Positions 27,731 through 40,700 of a DNA stretch of 64,000 nt are shown piece after piece (the first letter of the stretch is position 1; each line of letters begins with the position of its first letter). The notes under the pieces were generated by a model. It made no database searches. It saw only the letters and a list, made by a program, of their open reading frames with translations, and was not told the origin of the DNA. A program made the position numbers and the translations under genes. Source of the DNA: Eledone cirrhosa (lineage: Eukaryota); the NCBI GenBank assembly GCA_964016885.1, contig OZ024741.1, positions 2,790,001 to 2,854,000 of the forward strand, in the 5' to 3' direction.

Positions 27731-30700
27731 ATCGGTCCGTACAAAGCTAAGAAGAAATGTGTGTGTATGTGTGAGTAAAAGAGTGTGTGTGCATGTAAGT
27801 ACGAAGCTATGAGCAAAAGTATGTTAATATAAGGGTGTGTATCGGCATGTATTAGTTGGAAGAGAAGCTGCTAATGATCAAGAGAGGGCGATAGGAATTT
27901 AGGGGTATGATAATGGACGAGGTATTAGAGAAATTGGGGAGGTGAGTTGAGTCCAAGAGGGGAATAGGACCCAAGGTGGTGAATCAGACTTTGTTCAGTC
28001 CTGGTGCGCGAAGCCTGTGATCCATGATGTAAAAGGACACCCAGGACTGAAACATGTAGGGAAGAATGACCAGGAGAACAGAAATGACGGGCAACAGGAG
28101 TATCCAAACCGAGTATGATGTCCCTCAAATGTTCGGCAAAACGGTCCGCCATACGGCGTCCCGTTTGTCCGATATATAAATACCCGCAAAGGGAACACCG
28201 GAGGGCATAGACAATGTGGGTGGATGTGCAGGTGAACGAATGGCGGATATGAAAGATCCGTTAATCCTGTAAGAGTGGTGAGGGTGGAAATAATGGGACA
28301 AGTGTTGCAGAGGGAACGGGAACAAGGATGAGAGCCGGGTAGAGTTGTGGGAGAGGACGAAAAGGAACTGTGAACCAGGAGGTCGCGGAGGTTGCGGGCG
28401 CGCTTAAAAGCAGTAATGGGTGGGTTTTGAAAAAAAGCGAGAAGTGACGGGGTCAGAAGAGAGGATACGGAAAGAACGGAGGATATGTCGCCGGAGTGGT
28501 AGGGTGATGGGGTGGTAGGTGAGAGGGAAAGGAACACGGGTGTTGGGAGGGCGGGGTGAGGTGAGAGGGCTGTGGTGCAGTCTGTTTCATGGGCGCGGGT
28601 GAGAGCAGCTTGGATGAGGGTGGGGGGATATCCAAGCTGGATGAAGCAGGAATCCATGCGAAGGGAATGGGTTTCGAAATCGTCGTCCTGGCTACAGAGT
28701 CGACGAATATGGAGGAATTGGGAATAAGGTATGGAGTGTTTGGTGTGGGTTGGATGGGAGGAGGTGAAGTCGAGGTAAGATTGGGAGTCTGTTGGTTTAA
28801 TGAAGATGGAAGTAGAGAGGGTGTGGTGAGAGTGATTAATAGATAGAGAGATATCTAGAAAAGCGACAGAAGAATCGGAGACTGAGGTGGTCAAATTGAG
28901 AACAGGATGGAAAGATTGGAAAAAAGAAAGAAAACAGTCGAGCTTTTCTCGTGATAGAGATGTGGCGCCGATACAGTCGTCGATATAACGACCGTATAGT
29001 TCAGGAGTCGGTCCAGCGTACTAGGAGAAGATCTGGGCTTCGACGCACCCGAAAAAGAAAATCCATTGAGGGTGAGAACAAGCTCAGCCAGAGGGAGAAG
29101 AGTGGTAATGCTGGGGTAAGGGGTAGGGCGTAAATCTATAAAAATGTTGGAGAGCGCGGAGGCCGTCATCATGAGGGATGACAGTGTAGAGAGAGGTGAT
29201 GTCCAGGGTAAAGAGAAGGCGGGAGGGACCAGGAGGGAAGGAGAAAGAGTTGAAGAGTCTAAGAGCATGATTTGTATCGTGGATGTGGGAGGGGAGATTG
29301 CCGACCAACAGAGCGAGGATGGTGTCTAAATATTCAGAAATTATCTCGGTGGGCAGTTGCACGCAGAAACGATAGGACGGCCAAGATTATTTTGTTTGTG
29401 TATTTTGGGGAGGAAGTAGATGGTGGGTGTGCGAGGGGTGCGTACAATAAGGTTGGTGGTTGTAGGGGTAGGAGAGAGGAGGAGATTAGCTCGTAGATGA
29501 TGGAGGACACGAGTTGTTGGTAGCCAGGAGTGGGGTCGAGGGATAAAGGGCGGTAAAAAAGGGTATTGCGAAGCTGGCGGAGAGCCTCAGCCCTATAGAG
29601 GTCAGCACTCCAAACCACCACAGCGCCACCTTTGTCAGCAGGTTTGATGACAATGTCATCACGACGCCGAAGGTTGCGAAGAACGGAGAGTTCAGTTCAC
29701 GTGATGTTAGTGCGACGAGAATGCTGGTGGAAACGGAACCGGTTCACAATACGCCGGCAAGTATCGACAAAGAAGCCGAGGGTGCTGAACTGGCCAGAGC
29801 TCGGCATCCAATGTGATTGCCAGTGACTGAGACGAGTGAAGTCGTCCGTCTGTGTCGATGATGGCGTGTCGTGGAAAAAAGCTTTGAGCTTTAATCAACG
29901 GAAGAACCCTTCAATATCGGCACGTGTGTGGAACTCGTCGCAGGTAGATGTGGTTGGTATAAAACGCAAACCCCGGGCGAGGAGGGAGCGCTCAGCTTCG
30001 GAGATTGGTAGGTTCTGGGGTATGGTGACTACAGTGGAGAGACGTGAGGGAGTGAAAGAGGTGGAGGAGGAAGGGTTAAGGTGGTTGGGAAAAGCGTGTG
30101 CAGAATCAGTGGTGAAGAGAGGAAAGGGGTGGTAGGTGACAGGATAGAGGGGTTAGGGTTGGAGGTGATATGAGTATGGGTGGTGACGGCAGGCGGGGAG
30201 CGGAGAGAGTCGAGTTTGTGTTTTTTTACGGAAGTGAGGAAATTGAAAAGGAGGCGATTGAGGTAAAGGATGAATTGGATAAGGGATTGGGCGAGGAAAG
30301 GGTGGCAAGTGGAGGAGAGATGGAAGTAGGCCTTGGGGAGATCTCGGTCGAGAGAACGGATTTAAGAGAGTGTAGAACGGATAGTCGCCCGCATGAGTTG
30401 GCGAGAGGAGCGGATAAGGATGGGCTCAGTGGTGGGAGCAGAGTAAGAGCTGGGATGAAACTTGAGGCGGAAACCGCGGGGAATGAAGTGGTGGTGGAGA
30501 CAGGGACTTAAAAATGTGATGTGATTGTTGTATCGTGTTTTGGTGAAGATGAGGTTGGAGAGATGCAAGGAGGATTGGATGCATATAGGAGGGGGTGGGT
30601 GGAGTAAGTGCTTGAGAGTAGACTGGAGCTGGCGGAGAAAAGATTTGAGATTGGGCATATTGAAGGTACTAGCGTGGGAATGAAAAATAGACGGGTGAGA

Positions 30701-31002
30701 AGAAGAAGGTGGTGTAAGAAGATTGTAGTATAGGAAAAGTGGTAGAGAGTCGTGGAATATTTAAATGCAAGAAGCAAAGAAAATTTCAATGATACGAAAG
30801 GTTTTCTGGTGGAAGTTCAGGTGTAATCAGGGTTGGTATCGAGTTTCGAGGTGAAAATCCAGTCAGAAAATTCAACGTATTTTGAGAGGTCCACGTAAGC
30901 GTTGATATATACAGTATATATGTATGTAAAAGGTAAACAGAAATAACAACACAATCGGTACAGTATATGGAAGGAATATATTAGGTTAACGCTTGATATA
31001 GC

Positions 31003-31003
<1 letters not shown>
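27211..31003 (-). mobile_element. Near-full-length, frameshifted Penelope-like element (Neptune-like) with direct terminal repeats
   Basis: N-terminal HITFLSPCLHHHFIPRGFRLKF; RT fragments LFTLDITSLYTVIPHDDG, LAELVLTLNGFSF, FLDISL and KPTDSQSYLDFTSSHP; linker CSRSLCNTC; GIY-YIG YIGQTGRRMADRFAEH. ~84-bp direct repeats at 27211-27294 and 30920-31003. Confidence 0.93.
27304..27339 (-). ncRNA. Minimal hammerhead motif (G8A) in the 3' pLTR
   Basis: Reverse complement: tctt-CTGATAA-a-ggac tagc gtcc-GAAA-cg-TT-aaga. Palindromic AACGTT. Confidence 0.7.
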
Positions 31004-31039
<36 letters not shown>

Positions 31040-31179
31040 CGGTACGGTAGAAATATTATGTAGAGAACTTTCTTGTGAAGCTGCCTGGTTTACTGTTTAG
31101 GCTGTTTAGCTCATGATTGCTGGTGGTGCGTTATGATGTGACCAAAGCAATTTATTCACACTACTCCAGCCCACGCTCC

Positions 31180-31275
31180 TTCTGTGGAACTCCATTCACA
31201 TGTAGAGGGCACTGTGCAGGCTTCCTTGAGAGGACGAGTGTCTCAGTTTTTGCAACACTGACTTTCATTCCAGCC
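31180..31275 (-). mobile_element. Small RTE-type RT fragment
   Basis: AGMKVSVAKTETLVLSRKPAQCPLHVNGVP resembles the post-YADD region of RTE RTs. Confidence 0.55.
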
Positions 31276-31329
31276 CCCCAAAATTGTTGGCCTTATGCCC
31301 AAAACAGAAACTGTTATTATTTCAATAGT

Positions 31330-31500
31330 GGGTTAATAGCATCAGTAGAGCGCCGAATAAAATGTTCTGTGGTATATAGTTACAAATTTTCTAGGCTATG
31401 AGTTCAAATCACACTGTCGTCAACGTTGCCTTTCCCCCTCCTGGGTCGATATAATCAACTTTCATCAAATAGCTGGTTTTGCGCCAGTTTTAGAAAGAAT
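31330..31500 (+). mobile_element. Diverged tRNA-derived SINE
   Basis: GAGTTCAAATC B-box, gtcaacgttgcctttc...ggtcgata core, and tail tttagaaagaatt. Confidence 0.65.
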
Positions 31501-31781
31501 TAATATTTCTATGGTACGATACTTCTACAGATCGATATCTGCGTTAATCGATAAATTGAAGTCATAATTTGGTTTTCTGTCTAAAGCAGGAACACCCTAA
31601 TTTTTTAGACCATCAACCACGTCATGGAATCCTTGACCCTACATCAAAACCAGAAACGTACTAAAACAAATAAGTAAATAAATAAAGAGGTAAACAGAAT
31701 ATCAAATTATAGACGAACAATGATGGATCTAAGACGAGAGGAATGATGAATGAAAGGGCCGAAACAATTGAGTGAGGAGGT

Positions 31782-34700
31782 TTTCTTCTCTGAAGATCTG
31801 CTGCCCAGCTCTCCTCACAGTTTCTTCTCTGAAGATCTTCTACTGTCCAGCTCTCCTCATCATTTCTTCTCTGAAGACCTTCTGCTGTCCAGCTCTCCTC
31901 ACAGTTTCTTCTCTGAAGACCTTCTACTGTCTAGGTCTCCTCACAATTTCTTCTCTGAAGACCTTCTGCTGTCCAGCTCTCCTCACAGTTTCTTCTCTGA
32001 AGACCTTCTGCTCTCCAGCTCTCCTCACAGTTTCTTGTCTGAAGACATTCTGCTGTCCAGCTCTCCTCACAGTTTCTTCTCTGAAGACATTCTTCTGTCC
32101 AGCTCTCCTCACAGTTTCTTCGCTGAAGACCTTCTACTGTCCAGTTCTCCTCACACTGTCTTCTCTGAAGACATTCTGCTCTCCAGCTCTCCTCACAGTT
32201 TCTTCTCTGAAGACCTTCTACTGTCCAGCTCTCCTCACAGTTTCTGCTCTGAAGACCTTCTACTGTCCAGCTCGCCAGGCAGTTTCTTCTCTAGGGACCT
32301 TCCACTGTCCAGCTCTCCTGACAGTTTCTTCTCTGAAAATCTTCTACTGTCCAGCTCCTCTCTCAGATTCTTCTCTGAAATTCTACTACTGTCCAGTTCT
32401 CCTCACAGTTTCTTCTATGAAGACCTTCTACTGTCTAGCTCTCCTCACAGTTTCATCTCTGAAGACCTTCTGTTGTCCAGCTCTCCTCACAGTTTCTTCC
32501 CTGAAGATTTTCTACTGTCCAGTTCTCTTCACATTTTCTTCTCTGAAGACCTTCTACTGTCCAGCTGTCCTCACAGTTTCTTCTCTGAAGACCTTCTACT
32601 GTCCAGCTCTCCTCACAGTTTCTTCTCTGAAGACCTTCAACTGTCCAGTTCTCCTCACAGTGTCTTCTCTAAAGACCTTCTACTGTCCAGCTCTCTGGAC
32701 AGTTTCTTCCCTGAAGAGCTTCTACTCTCCAGCTCTCCTCAGTTTCTTCTCTGAAGACCTTCTGCTGTCCAGCTCTCCTCATCATTTCTTCACTGAAGAC
32801 CTTCTACTGTCCAGCTCTCCTCACAGTTTCAGTTCAGAAGACCTTCTACTGTCCAGCTCTCCTCACAGTTTCTTCTCTGAAGACCTTCTACTGTCCATCT
32901 CTCCTCATCATTTCTTCACTGAAGACCTTCTACTGTCCAGCTCTCCTCACAGTTTCAGTTCTGAAGACCTTCTACTGTCCAGCTCTCCTCACAGTTTCAG
33001 TTCTGAAGACCTTCTACTGTCCAGCTCTCCTCACAGTTTCAGTTCTGAAGACCTTCTACTGTCCAGCTCTCCTCACAGTTTAAGCCCTGAAGACCTTCTA
33101 CTGTCCAGCTCTCCTCACAGTTTCTTCTCTGAAGACCTTCTGCTGTCAAGCTCTCCTCACAGTTTCTTCTCTGAAGACCTTCTGCTGTCCAGCTCTCCTC
33201 ACAGTTTCTTCTCTGAAGACCTTTTGCTGAAATCTCTCCTCACAGTTTCTGCTCTGAAGACCTTCTACTGTCCAGCTCGCCTGGCAGTTTCTTCTCTGGA
33301 GACTTCCACTGTCCAGCTCTCCTGACAGTTTCTTCTCTGAAAATCTTCTACTGTCCAGCTCCTCTCTCAGATTCTTCTCTGAAATTCTACTACTGTCTAG
33401 CTCTCCTCACAGTTTCTTCTATGAAGACCTTCTACTGTCTAGCTCTCCTCACAGTTTCATCTCTGAAGTTCTTCTGTTGTCCAGCTCTGCTCACAGTTTC
33501 TTCTATGAAGACCTTCTACTGTCCAGCTATCCCCACAGTTTCTTCTCTGAAGATTTTCTACTGTCCAGTTCTCTTCACACTTTCTTCTCTGAAGACCTTC
33601 TACTGTCCAGCTGTCCTCACAGTTTCTTCTCTGAAGACCTTCTGCTGTCCAGCTCTCCTCACAGTTTCTTCTCTGAAGACCTTCAACTGTCCAGCTCTCA
33701 TCACAGTGTCTTCTCTAAAGACCTTCTACTGTCCAGCTCTCCGGACAGTTTCTTCCCTGAAGAGCTTCTACTCTCCAGCTCTCCTCACAGTTTCTTCTCT
33801 GAAGACCTTCTACTGTCCAGCTCTCCTCATCATTTCTTCACTGAAGACCTTCTACTGTCCAGCTCTCCTCACAGTTTCTTCTCAAGAAGAGCTTAGAGCT
33901 TCTACTGTCCAGCTCAGCTCACAGTTTCTTCTCTGAAGACCTTCCACTGTCCAGCTCTCCTCACAGTTTCTTCTCTGAACACCTTCTACAGTCCAGCTCC
34001 TCTCACAGTTTCTTCTCTGAAGTTCTACTACTGTCCAGCTCTCCTCACACTGTCTTCTCTGAAGACCTTCTGCTGTCCAGTTCTCCTCACACTTTCTTCT
34101 CTGAAGACCTTCTGCTGTCCAGCTCTCCTCACAGTTTCTTCTCTGAAGACCTTGTGCTGCCCAGCTCTCCTCACAGTTTCATCTCTGAAGACCTTCTGCT
34201 GACATCTCTCCTCACAGTTTCAGCTCTGAAGACCTTCTACTGTCCAGCTCTCCTCACAGTTTCTTCTCTGAAGACCTTCTACTGACCAGCTCTCCTCACA
34301 GTTTCTTCTCTGAAGATTTTCTACTGTCCAGTTCTCCTCAAACTTTCTTCTCTGAAGACCTTCTACTGTCCAGCTCTCCTCACAGTTTCTTCTCTGAAGA
34401 TCTTCTTCTGTCCAGCTCTCCTCAATGTTTCTTCTCTGAAGACCTTCTACTGTTCAGCTCTCTTCACAGTTTCTTCTCTGAAGATCTCCTTATGTCCAGC
34501 TCGCCTGGCAGTTTCTTCTCTGAAGACCTTCCACTGTCCAGCTCTCCTCAGAGTTTCTTCTCTGAAGACCTTCCGCTGTACAGCTCTCCTCACAGATTCT
34601 TCTCTGAAGTCCTTCTAATGTCCAGCTCTCCTCACAGTTTCTTCTCTCAAGACCTTCTACTGTCCAGCTCTCCTCACAGTTTCTTCTCTGAAGACCTTCT

Positions 34701-37700
34701 GCTGTCCAGCTATCCTCACAGTTTCTTCTCTGAAGACCTTCTACTGTCCAGCTCTCCTCACAGTTTCTTCTCTGAAGACCTTCTACTGTCCAGCTCTCCT
34801 CACAGTTTCTTTTCTGAAGATCTTCTACTGTCCAGCTCTCCTCACAGTTTCTTCTGTGAAGACATCTACTGTCCAGCTCTCCGGACAGATTCTTCTCTGA
34901 AGAGCATCTACTCTCCAGCTCTCCTCACAGTTTCTTCTCTGAAGACCTTCTACCCTCCAGCTCTCCTCATCATTTCTTCTCTGAAGACCTTCTACTGTGC
35001 AGCTCTCCTCAGTTTCTTCTCTGAAGAGCTTCTACTGTCCAGCTCTCCTCACAGTTTCTTCTCTAAAGATCTTCTACTGTCCAGCTCTCCGGACAGTTTC
35101 TTCTCTGAAGAGCTTCTACTCTCCAGCTCTCCTCACAGTTTCTTCTCTGAAGTTCTACTACTGTCCAGCTCTCCTCACAGTTTCTTCTCTGAAGACCTTC
35201 TACTGTCCAGCTCTCCTCACAGTTTCTTCTCTGAAGACCTTCTGCTGTCCAGCTCTCCTCACAGTTTCTTCTCTGAAGATCTTCTACTGTCCAGCTCTCC
35301 GGACAGATTCTTCTCTGAAGAGCATCTACTCTCCAGCTCTCCTCACAGTTTCTTCTCTGAAGACCTTCTACTCTCCAACTGTCCTCATCATTTCTTCACT
35401 GAAGACCTTCTACTGTGCAGCACTCCTCAGTTTCTTCTCTGAAGAGCTTCTACTGTCCAGCTCTCCTCACAGTTTCTTCTCTAAAGATCTTCTACTGTCC
35501 AGCTCTCCGGACAGTTTCTTCTCTGAAGAGCTTCTACTCTCCAGCACTCCTCACAGTTTCTTCTCTGAAGTTCTACTACTGTCCAGCTCTCCTCACAGTT
35601 TCTTCTCTGACGACGTCCTGCTGTCCAGCTCTCCTCACAGTTTCTTCTCTGAAGACCTTCTACTGTCCAGCTCTCCTCACAGTTTCTTCTCTGAAGAAAT
35701 TCTACTGTCCAGCTCTCCTCACAGATTCTTCTCTGAAAATTTTCTACTGTCCAGTTCTCCTCACCCTTTCTTCTCTGAAGACCTTCTACTGTCCAGCTCC
35801 CCTCAGTGTTTCTTCTCTGAAGACCTTCTCCTGTCCAGCTCTCCTCATCATTTCTTCTCTGAAGACCTTCTACTGTCCAGTTCTCCTCACCCTTTCTTCT
35901 CTGAAGACCTTCTACTGTCCAGCTCTCCTCACAGTTTCTTTTCTGAAGATCTTCTACTGTCCAGCTCTCCTCACAGTTTCTTCTGTGAAGACCTTCTACT
36001 GTCCAGCTCTCCTCACAGTTTCTTCTGTGAAGATCTTCTACTGTCCAGCTCTCCTCACAGTTTCTTCTGTGAAGACCTTCTACTGTCCAGCTATCCTCAA
36101 TGTTTCTTCTCTGAAGACCTTCTACTGTTCAGCTCTCTTCACAGTTTCTTCTCTGAAGATCTCCTTATGTCCAGCTCGCCTGGCAGTTTCTTCTCTGAAG
36201 ACCTTCCACTGTCCAGCTCTCCTCAGAGTTTCTTCTCTGAAGACCTTCCGCTGTACAGCTCTCCTCACAGATTCTTCTCTGAAGTCCTTCTAATGTCCAG
36301 CTCTCCTCACAGTTTCTTCTCTCAAGACCTTCTACTGTCCAGCTCTCCTCACAGTTTCTTCTCTGAAGACCTTCTGCTGTCCAGCTATCCTCACAGTTTC
36401 TTCTCTGAAGACCTTCTACTGTCCAGCTCTCCTCACAGTTTCTTCTCTGAAGACCTTCTACTGTCCAGCTCTCCTCACAGTTTCTTTTCTGAAGATCTTC
36501 TACTGTCCAGCTCTCCTCACAGTTTTCTGTGAAGACATCTACTGTCCAGCTCTCCGGACAGATTCTTCTCTGAAGAGCATCTACTCTCCAGCTCTCCTCA
36601 CAGTTTCTTCTCTGAAGACCTTCTACCCTCCAGCTCTCCTCATCATTTCTTCTCTGAAGACCTTCTACTGTGCAGCTCTCCTCAGTTTCTTCTCTGAAGA
36701 GCTTCTACTGTCCAGCTCTCCTCACAGTTTCTTCTCTAAAGATCTTCTACTGTCCAGCTCTCCGGACAGTTTCTTCTCTGAAGAGCTTCTACTCTCCAGC
36801 TCTCCTCACAGTTTCTTCTCTGAAGTTCTACTACTGTCCAGCTCTCCTCACAGTTTCTTCTCTGAAGACCTTCTACTGTCCAGCTCTCCTCACAGTTTCT
36901 TCTCTGAAGACCTTCTGCTGTCCAGCTCTCCTCACAGTTTCTTCTCTGAAGATCTTCTACTGTCCAGCTCTCCGGACAGATTCTTCTCTGAAGAGCATCT
37001 ACTCTCCAGCCCTCCTCACAGTTTCTTCTCTGAAGACCTTCTACTCTCCAACTGTCCTCATCATTTCTTCACTGAAGACCTTCTACTGTGCAGCACTCCT
37101 CAGTTTCTTCTCTGAAGAGCTTCTACTGTCCAGCTCTCCTCACAGTTTCTTCTCTAAAGATCTTCTACTGTCCAGCTCTCCGGACAGTTTCTTCTCTGAA
37201 GAGCTTCTACTCTCCAGCACTCCTCACAGTTTCTTCTCTGAAGTTCTACTACTGTCCAGCTCTCCTCACAGTTTCTTCTCTGACGACCTCCTGCTGTCCA
37301 GCTCTCCTCACAGTTTCTTCTCTGAAGACCTTCTACTGTCCAGCTCTCCTCACAGTTTCTTCTCTGAAGAAATTCTACTGTCCAGCTCTCCTCACAGATT
37401 CTTCTCTGAAAATTTTCTACTGTCCAGTTCTCCTCACCCTTTCTTCTCTGAAGACCTTCTACTGTCCAGCTCCCCTCAGTGTTTCTTCTCTGAAGACCTT
37501 CTCCTGTCCAGCTCTCCTCATCATTTCTTCTCTGAAGACCTTCAACTGTCCAGTTCTCCTCACAGTGTCTTCTCTAAAGACCTTCTACTGTCCAGCTCTC
37601 TGGACAGTTTCTTCCCTGAAGAGCTTCTACTCTCCAGCTCTCCTCAGTTTCTTCTCTGAAGACCTTCTGCTGTCCAGCTCTCCTCATCATTTCTTCACTG

Positions 37701-40700
37701 AAGACCTTCTACTGTCCAGCTCTCCTCACAGTTTCAGTTCAGAAGACCTTCTACTGTCCAGCTCTCCTCACAGTTTCTTCTCTGAAGACCTTCTACTGTC
37801 CATCTCTCCTCATCATTTCTTCACTGAAGACCTTCTACTGTCCAGCTCTCCTCACAGTTTCAGTTCTGAAGACCTTCTACTGTCCAGCTCTCCTCACAGT
37901 TTCAGTTCTGAAGACCTTCTACTGTCCAGCTCTCCTCACAGTTTCAGTTCTGAAGACCTTCTACTGTCCAGCTCTCCTCACAGTTTAAGCCCTGAAGACC
38001 TTCTACTGTCCAGCTCTCCTCACAGTTTCTTCTCTGAAGACCTTCTGCTGTCAAGCTCTCCTCACAGTTTCTTCTCTGAAGACCTTCTGCTGTCCAGCTC
38101 TCCTCACAGTTTCTTCTCTGAAGACCTTTTGCTGAAATCTCTCCTCACAGTTTCTGCTCTGAAGACCTTCTACTGTCCAGCTCGCCTGGCAGTTTCTTCT
38201 CTGGAGACTTCCACTGTCCAGCTCTCCTGACAGTTTCTTCTCTGAAAATCTTCTACTGTCCAGCTCCTCTCTCAGATTCTTCTCTGAAATTCTACTACTG
38301 TCTAGCTCTCCTCACAGTTTCTTCTATGAAGACCTTCTACTGTCTAGCTCTCCTCACAGTTTCATCTCTGAAGTTCTTCTGTTGTCCAGCTCTGCTCACA
38401 GTTTCTTCTATGAAGACCTTCTACTGTCCAGCTATCCCCACAGTTTCTTCTCTGAAGATTTTCTACTGTCCAGTTCTCTTCACACTTTCTTCTCTGAAGA
38501 CCTTCTACTGTCCAGCTGTCCTCACAGTTTCTTCTCTGAAGACCTTCTGCTGTCCAGCTCTCCTCACAGTTTCTTCTCTGAAGACCTTCAACTGTCCAGC
38601 TCTCATCACAGTGTCTTCTCTAAAGACCTTCTACTGTCCAGCTCTCCGGACAGTTTCTTCCCTGAAGAGCTTCTACTCTCCAGCTCTCCTCACAGTTTCT
38701 TCTCTGAAGACCTTCCACTGTCCAGCTCTCCTCACAGTTTCTTCTCTGAACACCTTCTACAGTCCAGCTCCTCTCACAGTTTCTTCTCTGAAGTTCTACT
38801 ACTGTCCAGCTCTCCTCACACTGTCTTCTCTGAAGACCTTCTGCTGTCCAGTTCTCCTCACACTTTCTTCTCTGAAGACCTTCTGCTGTCCAGCTCTCCT
38901 CACAGTTTCTTCTCTGAAGACCTTGTGCTGCCCAGCTCTCCTCACAGTTTCATCTCTGAAGACCTTCTGCTGACATCTCTCCTCACAGTTTCAGCTCTGA
39001 AGACCTTCTACTGTCCAGCTCTCCTCACAGTTTCTTCTCTGAAGACCTTCTACTGACCAGCTCTCCTCACAGTTTCTTCTCTGAAGATTTTCTACTGTCC
39101 AGTTCTCCTCAAACTTTCTTCTCTGAAGACCTTCTACTGTCCAGCTCTCCTCACAGTTTCTTCTCTGAAGATCTTCTTCTGTCCAGCTCTCCTCAATGTT
39201 TCTTCTCTGAAGACCTTCTACTGTTCAGCTCTCTTCACAGTTTCTTCTCTGAAGATCTCCTTATGTCCAGCTCGCCTGGCAGTTTCTTCTCTGAAGACCT
39301 TCCACTGTCCAGCTCTCCTCAGAGTTTCTTCTCTGAAGACCTTCCGCTGTACAGCTCTCCTCACAGATTCTTCTCTGAAGTCCTTCTAATGTCCAGCTCT
39401 CCTCACAGTTTCTTCTCTCAAGACCTTCTACTGTCCAGCTCTCCTCACAGTTTCTTCTCTGAAGACCTTCTGCTGTCCAGCTATCCTCACAGTTTCTTCT
39501 CTGAAGACCTTCTACTGTCCAGCTCTCCTCACAGTTTCTTCTCTGAAGACCTTCTACTGTCCAGCTCTCCTCACAGTTTCTTTTCTGAAGATCTTCTACT
39601 GTCCAGCTCTCCTCACAGTTTCTTCTGTGAAGACATCTACTGTCCAGCTCTCCGGACAGATTCTTCTCTGAAGAGCATCTACTCTCCAGCTCTCCTCACA
39701 GTTTCTTCTCTGAAGACCTTCTACCCTCCAGCTCTCCTCATCATTTCTTCTCTGAAGACCTTCTACTGTGCAGCTCTCCTCAGTTTCTTCTCTGAAGAGC
39801 TTCTACTGTCCAGCTCTCCTCACAGTTTCTTCTCTAAAGATCTTCTACTGTCCAGCTCTCCGGACAGTTTCTTCTCTGAAGAGCTTCTACTCTCCAGCTC
39901 TCCTCACAGTTTCTTCTCTGAAGTTCTACTACTGTCCAGCTCTCCTCACAGTTTCTTCTCTGAAGACCTTCTACTGTCCAGCTCTCCTCACAGTTTCTTC
40001 TCTGAAGACCTTCTGCTGTCCAGCTCTCCTCACAGTTTCTTCTCTGAAGATCTTCTACTGTCCAGCTCTCCGGACAGATTCTTCTCTGAAGAGCATCTAC
40101 TCTCCAGCTCTCCTCACAGTTTCTTCTCTGAAGACCTTCTACTCTCCAACTGTCCTCATCATTTCTTCACTGAAGACCTTCTACTGTGCAGCACTCCTCA
40201 GTTTCTTCTCTGAAGAGCTTCTACTGTCCAGCTCTCCTCACAGTTTCTTCTCTAAAGATCTTCTACTGTCCAGCTCTCCGGACAGTTTCTTCTCTGAAGA
40301 GCTTCTACTCTCCAGCACTCCTCACAGTTTCTTCTCTGAAGTTCTACTACTGTCCAGCTCTCCTCACAGTTTCTTCTCTGACGACGTCCTGCTGTCCAGC
40401 TCTCCTCACAGTTTCTTCTCTGAAGACCTTCTACTGTCCAGCTCTCCTCACAGTTTCTTCTCTGAAGAAATTCTACTGTCCAGCTCTCCTCACAGATTCT
40501 TCTCTGAAAATTTTCTACTGTCCAGTTCTCCTCACCCTTTCTTCTCTGAAGACCTTCTACTGTCCAGCTCCCCTCAGTGTTTCTTCTCTGAAGACCTTCT
40601 CCTGTCCAGCTCTCCTCATCATTTCTTCTCTGAAGACCTTCTACTGTCCAGTTCTCCTCACCCTTTCTTCTCTGAAGACCTTCTACTGTCCAGCTCTCCT

